From Raja brachyura (Eukaryota): a stretch of 64,000 bases of DNA. A program made the position numbers and the translations under genes. This document shows, piece by piece, positions 10,833 to 23,662 of this stretch. The stretch's first letter is position 1, and every line of letters starts with the position of its first letter. The stretch is from the NCBI GenBank assembly GCA_963514005.1, contig OY740809.1, positions 14,012,001-14,076,000 of the forward strand. Reading direction: 5' to 3'. The notes under the pieces were generated by a model, which was given only the letters and a program-made list of their open reading frames with translations, had not been told where the DNA came from and did not search any database.

Positions 10833-12504
10833 ACCTATTCCTTCTCTCCAGAGATGCTGCCTGTCCCGCTGAGTTACTCCAGCTTTTTGTGTCTAACTTG
10901 GAGGTAATCATTTGCAGACTGCTGAAGAAGGGATGACTCAATCCATGTTCCAGCATTTAGATAGTTAACATTTCAAAGTAATTGTGAGGTGGATTTTGTT
11001 AGTAGAAATAGGAAAACATGTGGTAGAGTCAGGGATTGATATATCAAGGAAATTGACCCTTCAAGCACACATTTGTTTTTTTGGACAATTAAAGATTTAT
11101 GGATTAGCGGAGCTTCATTCATTTCATGCTCATTCGTTGTTTCCCAAAATTCCCTTAATATTCAATAATATATCAGTCTCAGCTTTGAATATACTTAATG
11201 ACAGAGTGTGTATTTCCTCTACTTGGAAAATTTCCTCTGATCTCAGTCTGAAACTATCAATCGTTTGTCATCATGCAGCTACTTCACAAATTATGTTGGC
11301 AGCTGGTAACACCCAGTATTCCCCACTTCAGCTCACCAGTTGTGAAAGTTGTCACCTTATCCCTGTTTTTGACATTTGAAAATGATCAAAGATAGTTGAG
11401 ACCTGTCAAAGAGAGAAAATCATGCCAATAACAAGATTGCTCTTCAAAACTAAACAAAAACAACACACCTCTCTTTTCCATGTCTCTCCCCCTCCCTCCC
11501 CCCACTCCATCAGTCTGAACAAGGGTTCCACAAGAAACATCGCCTATCCATTCCCTCCTCAAGTGCTGCCTGACCTGCTGAGTTCTTTCAGCACTTTGCT
11601 TTGTACAATCTTCCCATCTTTATCAAGCTCCCAATATAACAGCTTTGAGGACTCCCTGGTCTTGTAAGTCTACCCTTTCAAACTTATGGGAACATGAAGG
11701 CCCTGCAGTTTCACTGCTCAAAGACCTCCACTTCACCTAAACCCCCCAACTGTATCCACCTGTCACTTGCTAGGCCTTGTTCGACCCCTCCTCTCTTCCA
11801 GCTTTCTCCCCATCCCCCACCGCAAATCAGTCAGAAGATGGGTCACCTGTCCATGTTCTCCAGAAATGCTGCCAGTCCCACTAAGTTACTACAGCACTTT
11901 GTATCTTTTATTGTAACCCAGTATCTGCAGTTCCTTGTATTTCCCCGTCCACAATTTGTTTATCTGCAAGGAGCTGCTCTTAGTGTAATTTTGCCAGCCA
12001 CTGCGAAATGAAATATGAAAAATTAAAATAACAAGCTAACACCAATAGACCTTACCCGATTCAAAGGCTTAATTTCCTTATTCCTTTCCATACTTTTGAA
12101 ACATTCCAACTTGCAATCACTATTGTTGAAGTGCTTGCCCACTGCCCTGTCATCTGCCCAGCTTCATTCCCTAGGATTAGGTGTAATAATTCTCTCGTAA
12201 TACCGTCTACATACTGGCATGGAAGGCACTCCTTTTACAAATTCTGCCCTACTCCTTTCATACCAAGTCATTCGAATTAATTTGGGGAAATTTAAATCCA
12301 CACAACTGCACTCTTTTTCCTCCTACTCTGTGACATGCCTACTCCTCTATGTTAAGCTGACTGTCAGGTAATTCTAGCAAAGTGATCACCATTTTTCTGT
12401 ACCTAATTTCCATAGCGCCTCATTTGAAATGTCATCTAAGCCAATCCTCCTCATCTCTGCACGGATAGCCTCCTTCAACAATAATTAGTTTTGCGAATTA
12501 TTTT

Positions 12505-13130
12505 TACGTGTACTGAGGTACCATGAAAATATTGTTATTTGCAAGATATCCAGTCAAAGAAAAGACTACATGATTACAATCAAACTGTCCACAGAATACA
12601 GATAAATGATTAAGGATACAACATTTAGTGTAAGATAAAGTCAGATGAAGTCCAATTAAAGGTACAGGTAATTCACAGGTTTCCAATGAGTGATGAAGTC
12701 AGGATTGCACCTTTGATGGTGAAAGGACAGTTCAGCTGCCAAACAACAGCTGGGAAGAAACTATTCCTGATTCTGGAGGTATGCACATCAATCTTCTGTA
12801 CCTCTTGCTTGATGGGTGAGGGGAGAAGAGGGTATAACTGGTTCTTGATTATGTTGGTGGCCATGCTGAGGCAGCGTGAAGTGTAGATGGAGTCAATGGA
12901 ATGGAAGCTGGTTTGTGTGATGGTCTGGGCTACGTCCAAAACTCTGCAATTTCTCTCTGCAGCTGTTCCCAAACCATGCTGAGATACATCCTGATAATCT
13001 GCTTTCAAGGGTACATCTGTAGATGTTGGTGAGGATTGTTAGGGACATGCCAAACTTCCTAAGCCTTCTAAGGAAGTAAAGGTGTTGGTGTGCTTTCTTG
13101 GCCATGACTTTGCTGGGTCCAGTCCAGGTC
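12505..13130 (-). mobile_element. Rex1/Babar LINE 3' fragment
   Basis: KKAHQHLYFLRRLRKFG..ILTNIYRCTLES.LSGCISAWFGN and the later SRIRNSFFP motif. Confidence 0.85.
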
Positions 13131-14866
13131 AAATTGCTAGTGATTTTTATTCCAGCAATAATGCAATGCTCGCTACTCCTTACATCTACTTCACTCCGCT
13201 ATCACACTTAAAATATCCTTACGTCAATGGAATGTTGAGTTACCAGTCTTGCTCTGCTTTCAACCATGTTTTGGTGATTGTAACAATATCATCAAGTTTA
13301 TTCAAGGTTGAGAGATTGAGAGACCGTGCAGGGAAATCAAACATTATAGTCATTGGGCATGAGAATGCAGTTAAAGCAAAAGGTTAAGTCGGCCATGACA
13401 TTCAATAGCAGAGCAGGTTATTTTCTTACGTTTTATTGTGAAATGTTTTCCTTTTTATCAAATATCGAAATCTAGAACAATCTTTGCTTTATCTTCAATA
13501 AAATTAGTTTTCTGCTTTGCTCTTTATTTCCGATTTTAAGTAAAATTACAGGGAAAATAATCATTTACAACCTTCTTAATTTGATCGATATAAAATGTCC
13601 AGGTGTGTTTGTCACTTCAGCTCTGTGTGGGGAGGGAGGGGGTCTGGCATGCAGCAGCTGAGAACATGAACTAAATAGTTGTGGAATTATAATTGCATCC
13701 TACCAATCAATGGCATGATGCATTATAATTCGAAAAGTCAACTTCACTGAGCTACCCTTATTCCCAATGTTGCACAGAACAGCAACATCCTTTTTGACGT
13801 GTGAGAATGACAACTCAGTGGAGAAGCAAATTGCTTTGAATCATTATTAATGAGATGATAAGTCACTGGTCAGAAATGATTTCTGTTTTCTTGGTATCTA
13901 CAATGACAAAGACAAAACAAACATTTGGTTCCCACCACGTTATAATTCAGTCAGATGAATTGTCAATATATCCTTTTATCCTAAACTACTTCAATTTGTT
14001 CTTATAACACTAAACAAGGCAAAGGTACATCAGTTTGAAGAAGTGTCCCAACATAAAATGTTGCATGTCCATTCCCTCCCTGCATGACCCACTAAGTTCC
14101 TCCGGCACTTTGTGTTTTCTTCAAGATTCCAGCATCTGTAGTCCCTTGTCGGCAAAGTACTCTGTTTTAAGGATTGTGGCATTAAATGTTTATGGAATGT
14201 ATTTTCATGTGAAACTCATTTCACTTATGTAATCTGTGTGGTTATTTCTGTGTCTAAGGAAGCCCACAATCGACTGTCCACGTATTGACCATATGTTAGT
14301 GGTAACACAAGTAAAACTATAGTAGTTCAAAAATAGTAACTAAACAGGATTCACTGCTCACAGACAGGATTATATTTCTCTTCATCATCCACTTGGGAAA
14401 TGATTTTTATCATATTTTACACATCCTGTTCCCATTTTCTGATAGTATTGCCAAAGGATCTTGTAGGTACAATCTTCAACAAACAGAATGACGTGCATTA
14501 ATCAAATTGATAACCCATCTCAACATCATTGAGCCACAATAACCAGCATGCACAAAATAACCGCAAGGGACAAGCAGTTCTTTGGTGATGTCCAAAAAGA
14601 GGAAAAAAATCACAAAATAAGAAATAAAAATAATCAAAAGCATAGATTTGCACTGAGAAGTCCGTTCCTATCAAGCTGTTGACAAGACTTGTATCTTGGC
14701 TCCATAGCATTGCCATTTTCTGTTTCAACTCCATTTTATGAGCTTCATTGAGATACGAGTAGATTAAGGGTGATTGGAGGAGGAACTAGGTAAAAATATG
14801 AAACTGAGGAAGACAGAGTTGTGATAATAGTGGGTCAGAGATATTGGTATTATCAGTCTGAAAAAG

Positions 14867-16068
14867 CCCCCCTGGTTAAATCCCTCCCTACCTATGTTCA
14901 AGACACCTCAGACACTCTCCGTCGTCTCCGGGAATTCTGTTTTCTAGGACCCCATCCCCTCATCTTCACCATGGATGTCCAGTCACTCTACACCTCCATC
15001 CCCTACCAGGAGGGTCTCAAAGCCCTCCGTTTCTTCCTCGACCAGAGAACCAACCAATCCCCGTCGTCAGATACTCTCCTCCGACTAGCGGAGCTGGTCC
15101 TTACCCTTAATAACTTTTTGTTTGACTCCTCCCATTTCTTGCAAATACAAGGTGTAGCTATGGGCATGCGCATGGGCCCTAGCTAAGCCTGCCTCTTTGT
15201 AGGGTACATCGAACAATCCTTGTTCGAGGCATTCCAGGGCCCCATCCCCATCCTCTACCTCCGCTACATCGATGACTGCATTGGTGCTACCTCCTGCACC
15301 CACACACAACTCACTGACTTCATCCATTTCACCACCAACTTCCATCCAGCACTCAAATACACCTGGACCATTTCCGACACTTCCCTACCATTTCTTGACC
15401 TTACTATCTCCATCTTAGGTGATAGACTCCTGACCGACATCCACTATAAACCCACTGACTCCCATGGCTATCTAGACTACACTTCTTCCCAGCCTGCTTC
15501 CATCCCCTACTCCCAACTCCTCCGTCTACGCCGCATTTGCTCCCAGGATGAGGTGTTCCACACCAGGGAATCGGAAATGTCCTCATTCTTCATGCAACGG
15601 GGTTCCCCTCCCCCACTATAGATGAGGCTCTCACCTGGGTTTCTTCAATCGTTTCGTTTCGCCAAACACCTATGCTCGGTCCGCAATAACCTACCTGATC
15701 TCCCGGTGGCTCAGCACGTCAACTCCCCCTCCCATTCCAAATCCGACCTTTCTGTCCAGGGCCTCCTCCATGGCCAAAGTGAGCACCACCGGAAATTGGA
15801 GGAGCAGCACCTCATATTTTGCTTGAGCAGTCTATACCCCAGCGGCATGAACATTGACTTCTCCAATTTCCGGTAGCCCTTATTGTCTCCTGCCCTTCTC
15901 AGCTCTCCCTCAGCCCATTGGCTGATCCTCTTCCTTTCTTCTTCCCCCCCCCCCCTCCCCCACCCTACATCAGTCTGAAGAAGGGTTTTGGCCTGAAATG
16001 TTGCCTATTTTTCTTCGCTCCATAGATGCTGCCGCACCCGCTGAGTTTCTCCAGTACTTATGTCTACC
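14867..16068 (+). mobile_element. Penelope-like element, 5'-truncated and internally deleted
   Basis: FTMDVQSLYTSIP, QIQGVAMG, LYLRYIDD, LPFLDL and YKPTD, then the GIY-YIG C-terminus RKLEEQHLIF..PSGMN, then a degenerate hammerhead motif at 15975-16002. Confidence 0.92.
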
Positions 16069-16377
16069 AACCCTAAACATCTACCTATTCCTTTGCCAGA
16101 TGCTGCCAGACCTACTGAGGTCCGCCAGCACTGTTATTTGCTCAAGATTCCAGCATTTGCAATTTCTTGTGTCTCTATTGATATTAAATTAATGGACTGA
16201 ATTAATAATTTTGCTGTAGATTTCTGCCGATCAGTAAGTTGGTGTTTTGTTTGATTACTGGGCAATATAAAGCAGATACTGTATTAATATTTTGCATTTC
16301 AATGTAATTTGTGCCTAAGTTAACTCATTTGAGCAGTTTAAATTATTTAATGGTTGAACTGCTAAAGTCATTTGCAT

Positions 16378-17620
16378 AGAATCATAAAAATTATGTGCAG
16401 GAAAAGGCCATTCGGCCCTTCGAACCAGAACCGCCATTCAATATGATCATGGCTGATCATTCAAAATCAGTACCCCATTCCTGCTCTCTCTCCATAGCCA
16501 TTGATTCCGTTAGCCCTAAGAGCTACATCCAACTTTCTCTTGGACACTGTGTGGACCCTGCTCATGTTCGACTTCCCAAAATGCAACATCTGGCATTTCT
16601 CTCTGTTAAATTCCATCAAATATTCCTCAGCCCACCTGCTGCAATTTTTTAACAACCATCTTCACAATCTACAATGCCACCCACTTTTGTGTCATCATAA
16701 GATCATAAGTGATAGGAGAAGATTTAGGCCATTCGGCCCATCATTCCACAATTCAATCATGGCTGATCTATCTCTCCCTCTTCACCCTATTCTCCTGCCT
16801 TCTCCCCATAACCTCTGACACCTGCAGAAGGGTCTCGACCCGAAACGCCGCCTATCTCCTTCGCTCCTTAGATGCTGCTGCACCCGCTGAGTTTCTCCAG
16901 CTTTTTGTGTAACCCTCGATTCTCCAGCATCTGCAGTTCCTTCTTTAACACTAATCATGAATTTATCTATCTCTGCCTTATCATCTGCAAACTTGCTAAT
17001 CATGCCATGTACATTGTCATCCAAATCATTGATATAGATGGCAAACAACAATGGGTCTAGCACCAACCCCTAGTTACAAGCCTCCAGTCAGAAAAACAAC
17101 CTTCTGCCATCACCCTCTGGTTCCTTCCATGAAGTCAATTTTCTATCCATTAAGATAACTCTACTAGGATCCCATGCAATTTCACCTTCCAGAGCAACCT
17201 ACCATGTGGAACCTTGTTGAATGCCTTGCTAAAATCCACATATACAACGTCTATAGCTCTGCCCACCAACCTTTCTGGTCACATCTTCAAAAAAAAGAGT
17301 TTTGTAAGAAGTGACCTTCCACATACAAAACATGCAGACTATCCCTAATCAGCCCCTGTCCGTCAAAATGCATGTACATCTTACTTCTTGGAATACTTTC
17401 TAGTAACTTTTGACCACAGATGTTAGGCTCACTGGTGTGTAGTTCCCAGCCTATTCCCTCCAGCCCTTCTTACATAGAGGTGCTGAATTTGCAACTATCT
17501 TGTCTTCTGGCACCTGACCTGTATTTAACGATGACATATAAATCTCAGCCATGGTATCTGCAATTACATCTGCATAATTCAAGCATGGAATCAATATTAA
17601 AATGCCCAGTATATAAGGTT
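16378..17620 (-). mobile_element. Cluster of CR1 LINE fragments with a short PLE piece (16822-16951, +)
   Basis: PLLFAIYINDLDD..ISKFADD, MEFNREKCQMLHFG and two CR1 3' tails. Confidence 0.75.
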
Positions 17621-19339
17621 TTGGCCACCACTGTGAAAGAAAATCAGGGAAATCATGCTTTGTACTTGGTGAATTGATATTATTAAAGCAGGTCAGTCTA
17701 ATCACATCTCTGCAGTTGTTAAGTTGTTACATTCACATGTTGCAGGATTTCTTACATTGCAGCAGTGGTGGCACAGCCTTAAAAATGTTTCTTTGGATGT
17801 GAAAAGGCCAGGATTTGACAAGGGTCATGAAAAGCATGATATAACGGTAAATGTCAGCCTCTTTCTTCATTGACATCACTATATAAACATGGAAATGTAG
17901 AAAGGTAAAAGTAGAAGGGGTCACTACGCCAACCTCAGGCTTGCTGCACCATCCAGTTTTATCACAAATAATCATTACACAGTCGGTAACTAGCTCTTTT
18001 CCTTGATTCTTCCAGCCCAGGAAAAGGGACTCGATTCCTTTTGAGTGCCTTTAATGATTTGTCCTCAATTGCTTTTTGTTCGGGAATTCCACATGTTCAC
18101 CACTCTGGGAGAAAAAAAATATTCTCATCTCTGTCTTAAATGGCTTAGCTCTTATCTTTAGACTATAATAGAATCTGTTTCACAGCTCACTCTCTATGCC
18201 ACCTATTCTCACCCCTCTGTACAGATCACTGAGCCTACATACTGTAATTGTTATTGGAGATTCTGTTTAGGTGTAGTAACATTTTAGATTAAATTACCTT
18301 TATGTTGATTGGTGTGAACGGAAAATCTTTGTTTCATTTTTTTGTGCCACTTACTCAGTAAAATTGCAGTGTGATTTTGCACATATAATGTATCCACTGA
18401 TATAGTAGTCTGCAATAATCAGCCCTCTACACTAATCAGCTGCGACCATTTGAGAAAATTACAGTGCTTCCTAAATAATAATTAATTGTGTTATTACATG
18501 GATTGGATTGGATTACAAGGACATCACATTTAGAGACATCAATTACTGAATATCTCCAATGCTTTCCAAGATAGTTTATATTTCAGTTGGAAAAAAAAGG
18601 CCCTTTGTTAAATTACTTCAACTTTTTATTTTGCTGAAGTATGGCGTTATAAATGAAAATTTATATCTTAAACATTATTTCCTAAACAAACAATGACTCT
18701 GTCTTCGAATGTTCTAATATTGTAAATTTTATTATTGAAAATCATGGATGTCAGCCCGATATATTTGGATACATACAATCCAGTAATTCCTTTGATCGAC
18801 ATTGGAGTTTAAAAGCAACTGTTTGCTGAACCTGTTTAACTGAATGCAGGATAATTTCATGCCTTCTATAATCTAATTTTCTGCATCTAAAAGTTACTGG
18901 AGCATACAGAGATACCTTGCCATTATTATCATATTATCATTCCACATACTTACTGTATAAAATAAGTGATCCTTGCAAATGAGATCAAGTCTTTGGTGGC
19001 AATGCCATAATGGGTATTTGGGATTGATTGTCACCAACGTCACTAGGTCAGAAAGCATCAGTAATGTTTTAGCTGCAGATCTAATCCCTTCCAGCACATC
19101 AGTAGCAATGACTGTGCAACAGAAACAGTATAGGCTCTTCACAATATAATTGGTGGCTAACCATTGAAATATAGAATTATTAAGTGCAAAGGAAAACTCT
19201 TCAGCTCATTGAATATTAACCAGTTCATTAACAGAGTTGGCCACTTACTCTTGGTCCTTCCCCCAGAAGTACATTTTTTCATATTTGTGTAATCATTCCA
19301 GACCTGAGACTAAAGGATAGTAGGGATATATAATGATAT

Positions 19340-19935
19340 ATGCTACCTTGTTTAGGTTTATTATTGTCGGATACTGAAAAGCTTTGTTTTGCATGTTATC
19401 CAAACAGGTCAGATATAAACTATATCTGTACGATAGATAGAGCAAAGGGGAAGATAGAGAGTGCAGAATATAGTTCTCAGCAATGTAGCGCATCAATTTC
19501 TTAGACAAAGTCCAATGTCCTCAATGAGGTTGAAGCGGAACAAACAGTACTCTGGCTTATGGAAGGACCGGCTGTATTTCATGTAGATGCTTTCGATAGT
19601 GGGGAGGGCTATGCCCATAATGGACTGAGCAGAATCCACCACTTTCTGCAGTCCTTGCACTGCTGAGCTTTGGTATTGTATCAGGTCTTCATGCAACCAG
19701 TCGGTACACTTTCTGCAGAGCATCTGTAAAGGATTGTTAGAGTGTTCAGAAACATGCTGAGCCTTGTTAAACATAAGAAAATAGAGACATGGGACACCTT
19801 CTTTGTGATTACATCTATGTGCTAGGCCCCAGACAGGTCATCCAAGATATCGACAGCCAGGAATTTAAAGCTGCTAACTCTCTCCATGGTCGACTCACCC
19901 ATGAAACCCATGTGTGTTCTCCAACTTCCCCTTTC
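19340..19935 (-). mobile_element. Old Rex1/Babar fragment
   Basis: LQKVVDSAQSIMGIALPTIESIY, plus similarity to 12505-13130. Confidence 0.6.
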
Positions 19936-20642
19936 TGAAGTTCACTTTCCAGAGACTGGAGAGGCTGGGTATGTTTCCTTGAAGCAAAGAAGGCTGAGTG
20001 GAAACATTTAGAGATGTACCAAACGTACAAGGAGAACAGACAGATAGATACCAAGAGGCTTTCTCCAAATCATGTGAACATTTTCACAGTAAGTGGGGAA
20101 GAGGCTGACGGGGGATCTGAGGGAGATTTTTTTTCCCACGCAGAATGTTCTGGAATGTGTTGCCTGAGAGGGTGGTGGAAGTAAGTCTTCTCACTTCACT
20201 GAAGAAATTAGGGATGAACACTTGCCAAGGCATAGAAGGCTACGGGGCAAGTACTGTTAAATGGTACTCGTGTCGAGGGGCAATAGATAGTGGACATGGG
20301 CAAGGTGGGCCAGAGCCTGCTTCTGTGCTGTATGAAATGACTCGGATAGCTGCTAGAATCGGGGGCCTCTGACCACATACACCAGCACAGCACAAGGTCA
20401 GGCCCTTCAGCCTGCCATGCCTGTGCCAAACATGATGCCAAGACCATCTCTGATCTATCTGCACATAATCCATATCCCACCTTATCTTGCATATCCATGA
20501 GATTCTCTAAAAGTATTTTAATTGCTACTATTATATCTGCTGCAACCATCACCCCCGGCAGCGTGTTCCAGGCATTCACCACCCTCAAAAGACATGCCTT
20601 GGCACATTTACATAACAATTATTGACTCACCTATCAGAGCAT

Positions 20643-20813
20643 NNNNNNNNNNNNNNNNNNNNNNNNNNNNNNNNNNNNNNNNNNNNNNNNNNNNNNNNNN
20701 NNNNNNNNNNNNNNNNNNNNNNNNNNNNNNNNNNNNNNNNNNNNNNNNNNNNNNNNNNNNNNNNNNNNNNNNNNNNNNNNNNNNNNNNNNNNNNNNNNNN
20801 NNNNNNNNNNNNN
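20643..20813. other. Assembly gap (171 N)
   Basis: Run of n. Confidence 1.
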
Positions 20814-23662
20814 AACAACACACAATAGTGCTAAAATTTGGCACTATTAATCACGATTCCCCTGTGGTTGTTTTGTGTCAAGTTCCGTTCAGATCAATGT
20901 TATATTTCACAAGTTATTGACATTTTCAGAATTACAAAACCCCGATTTGAGAAAAAAATCTTCCCTGTGCTTACAGCTATGACATCACAATGGGATTGTC
21001 ACCATTCTCACAACATTGTTGCTCTCCAAATACTCTGAGTCCTGCTAGCTTTAGCAGGGGCAAATGCTTTTTTCTTAAAGTTACAGCACACTGAATTATT
21101 TTTTATGTTTAAAATGAGGGAGGGTGTATAAGACAAAATGAACTGCCGCTGCACAGTTGGGTGAGTGATGGAATATTACATTGGGGGAACGGATTGTGTT
21201 GGGGGAATGGGTGAGGGGTGGAATATTGCGTTGGGGACCAGGTTGCGTTGGGAGACCAGGCTTCCCATGGGGGCTATGGGTGAGTGGTCTAATATTCTAG
21301 GGTGGATATTCTTGAACCTCTAGGGCAGTTATCTCTGGATTGCTTCCAGTACCTCATACTAGTGAGGGAGATAGGGGATATGAGTTTGTGGCTGGGGGGT
21401 TGGTGCAGGGAGCATGGATTTAGATTTATAGACCACTGGGATCTCTTCTGGGGTAGGGGTGACCTGTACAAACGGGACGGGTTACATCTTAACTGGAGGG
21501 GACCGACATTCTGGCAGGCAGGTTTGCTAGTGTGGTTTTAAACTAAATAGTGGTGTGAAGGAATTGACGAATTGGGAGTATAAAGATGGAGTTAAAGAAG
21601 AAATGAGTACAGGAAAAGTTACAAAAGACACCCGAATTAACAGGAAGGAAAGTTTGAGAAGGGATATGAGAGTAAGATCAGGGCCAATAGTGACCGGTGT
21701 GAGAGGGGAGGTGAATACCGAAGTTAAAGTATTGTATATGAATGTGCAAAGTATAAGAAATAAAGTGGATGAGCTTGTGGCTCAGTTAGAAATTGGCAAG
21801 TATGATGTTGTGGGAATTACAGAGACATGGCTGCAAGAGGACCAGGGCTGGGAACTGAATATTCAAGGGTATACGTCCTATTGAAAAGACAGATAAGTGG
21901 ACAGAGGGGGTGGGGTAGCTCTGTTGGTGAGGAATGAAATTCAGGCCTTTGCGAGGGGTGACATAGAATCAGGTGTAGAGTCAGTATGGATAGAACTGAG
22001 GAATTGTAAGGGTAAAAATACCTTAATGGGAGTTATATACAGGCCCCCAAACAGTCGCCTGGACATAGGGTGCAAGTTGAATCAAGTGTTAAAATTGGCA
22101 TGTTGCAAAGGTAATGTTACGGTTGTTATGGGAGATTTGAGCATGCAGGTAGACTGAGAAAATCAGGTTGGTACTGGACCCCAAGAAAGAGAGTTTCTGG
22201 AGTGCTTCCGTGATGGATTCTTAGAGCAGCTTGTATGGAGCCTACCAGGGAGAAGGCAACTCTGGATTTAGTGTTGTGTAATTAACCTGATTTGGTAAGG
22301 GAGCTCGAGGTAAAGGAGCCATAAGGTGCAAGTGACCATGATATGATAAGTTTTAATCTACAATTTGAGAGGGAGAAGAGAAAATCGGAAGTGTCAGTAT
22401 TACAATTGAACTAAAAGGGGACTATGGAGCCCTGAGGGAGGAGCTGGCCAAAGTTCACTGGAAAGATACACTGGCAGGGATGTCAGTGGAACAACAATGG
22501 CCGGTTTTTCTGGGAATAATTCAGAAGGTGCAGGATCGGTTCATTCCTAAGAGGAAGAAAGATTCCAAGGCGAGTAAGGGGCGACCGTGGCTGACAAGGA
22601 AAGCCAGGGACTAATGTAAAAATAAAAGAGAAGTTTAACATAGCAAAGATGAGCAGGAAGTCAGAGGATTGGGAAACTTTTAATGAGCAACAGAAGATAA
22701 CTAAAAAGGCAATACAGGGAGAAAAGATGAGGTACGAAGGTAAACTAGCCAAGAATATAAAGGAGGATAGTGAAAGCTTCTTTAGGTATGTGAAGAGGAA
22801 AAAAATAGTTAAGACCAAAGTTGGACCCTTGAAGACTGAAACAGGTGAATTTATTATGGGGAACAAGGAAATGGCAGATGAGTTGAACAGGTACTTTAGA
22901 TCCGTCTTCACTCAGGATGAAACAAACAATCTCCCTGATGTACTAGTAGCCAGAGGATCTAGGGTGACGGAGGAACTGAAGGAAATCCACATTAGGCAGG
23001 AAATGGTGTTAGGTAGACTGATGGGACTGAAGGTTGATAAATTCCCAGCGCCTGATGGTTTGCATCCCAGGGTAATTAAGGAAGTGGCTCTTGAAATCAT
23101 GGATGCATTGGTGATAAATTTCCAATGTTCTGTAGATTCAGGATCAGTTCCTGTGGATTGGAGGGTAACTAATGTTATCCCACTTTTTAAGAAAGGCGGG
23201 AGAGAGAAAACAGAATTACAGACCTGACATCGGTGGTGGGGAAGATGCTGGAGTCAATTATAAAGGATGAAATAGCGGCACATTTGGATAGCAGTAACAG
23301 GATCGAAACTAGTCAGCATGGATTTATGAAGGGGAAATCATGCTTGACTAATCTTCTGGAATGTTTTGTGGATGTAACTAGGAAAATGGACAAGGGAGAG
23401 CCAGTGGATGTAGTGTGCCTGGACTTTCAGAAAGCATTTAATAAGGTCCCACATAGGAGATTAGTGGGCAAAATTAGAACACATGGTTTTGGCGGTAGGG
23501 TACTGACATGGATAGAATATTGGTTGACAGACAGGAAACAAGGAGTAGGGATTAACGGGTCCCTTTCAGAATGGCAGGCAGAGACTAGTGGGGTACCGCA
23601 AGGCTTGGTGCTGGGACCGCAGCTATTTACAATATACATTAATGATTTAGATGAAGGGATTA

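Larger units (their letters stand above)
6693..10894 (+). mobile_element. Penelope-like element insertion with inverted 5' part (6693-~7780 minus, ~7781-10894 plus), interrupted by two later insertions
   Basis: RT motifs (QVQGIALG, LHYIDN, LPFLDI, YYKPTD) and a GIY-YIG endonuclease (LIYCIRC..YIGE on plus; RIYCIHC..YIGET on minus). Flanked by a 14-bp direct repeat AACTTGGAGGTAAT at 6679-6692 and 10895-10908. Confidence 0.92.

Noticed and set aside
20522-20920. ORFs spanning the N run
   Set aside because: Artefacts of the assembly gap.
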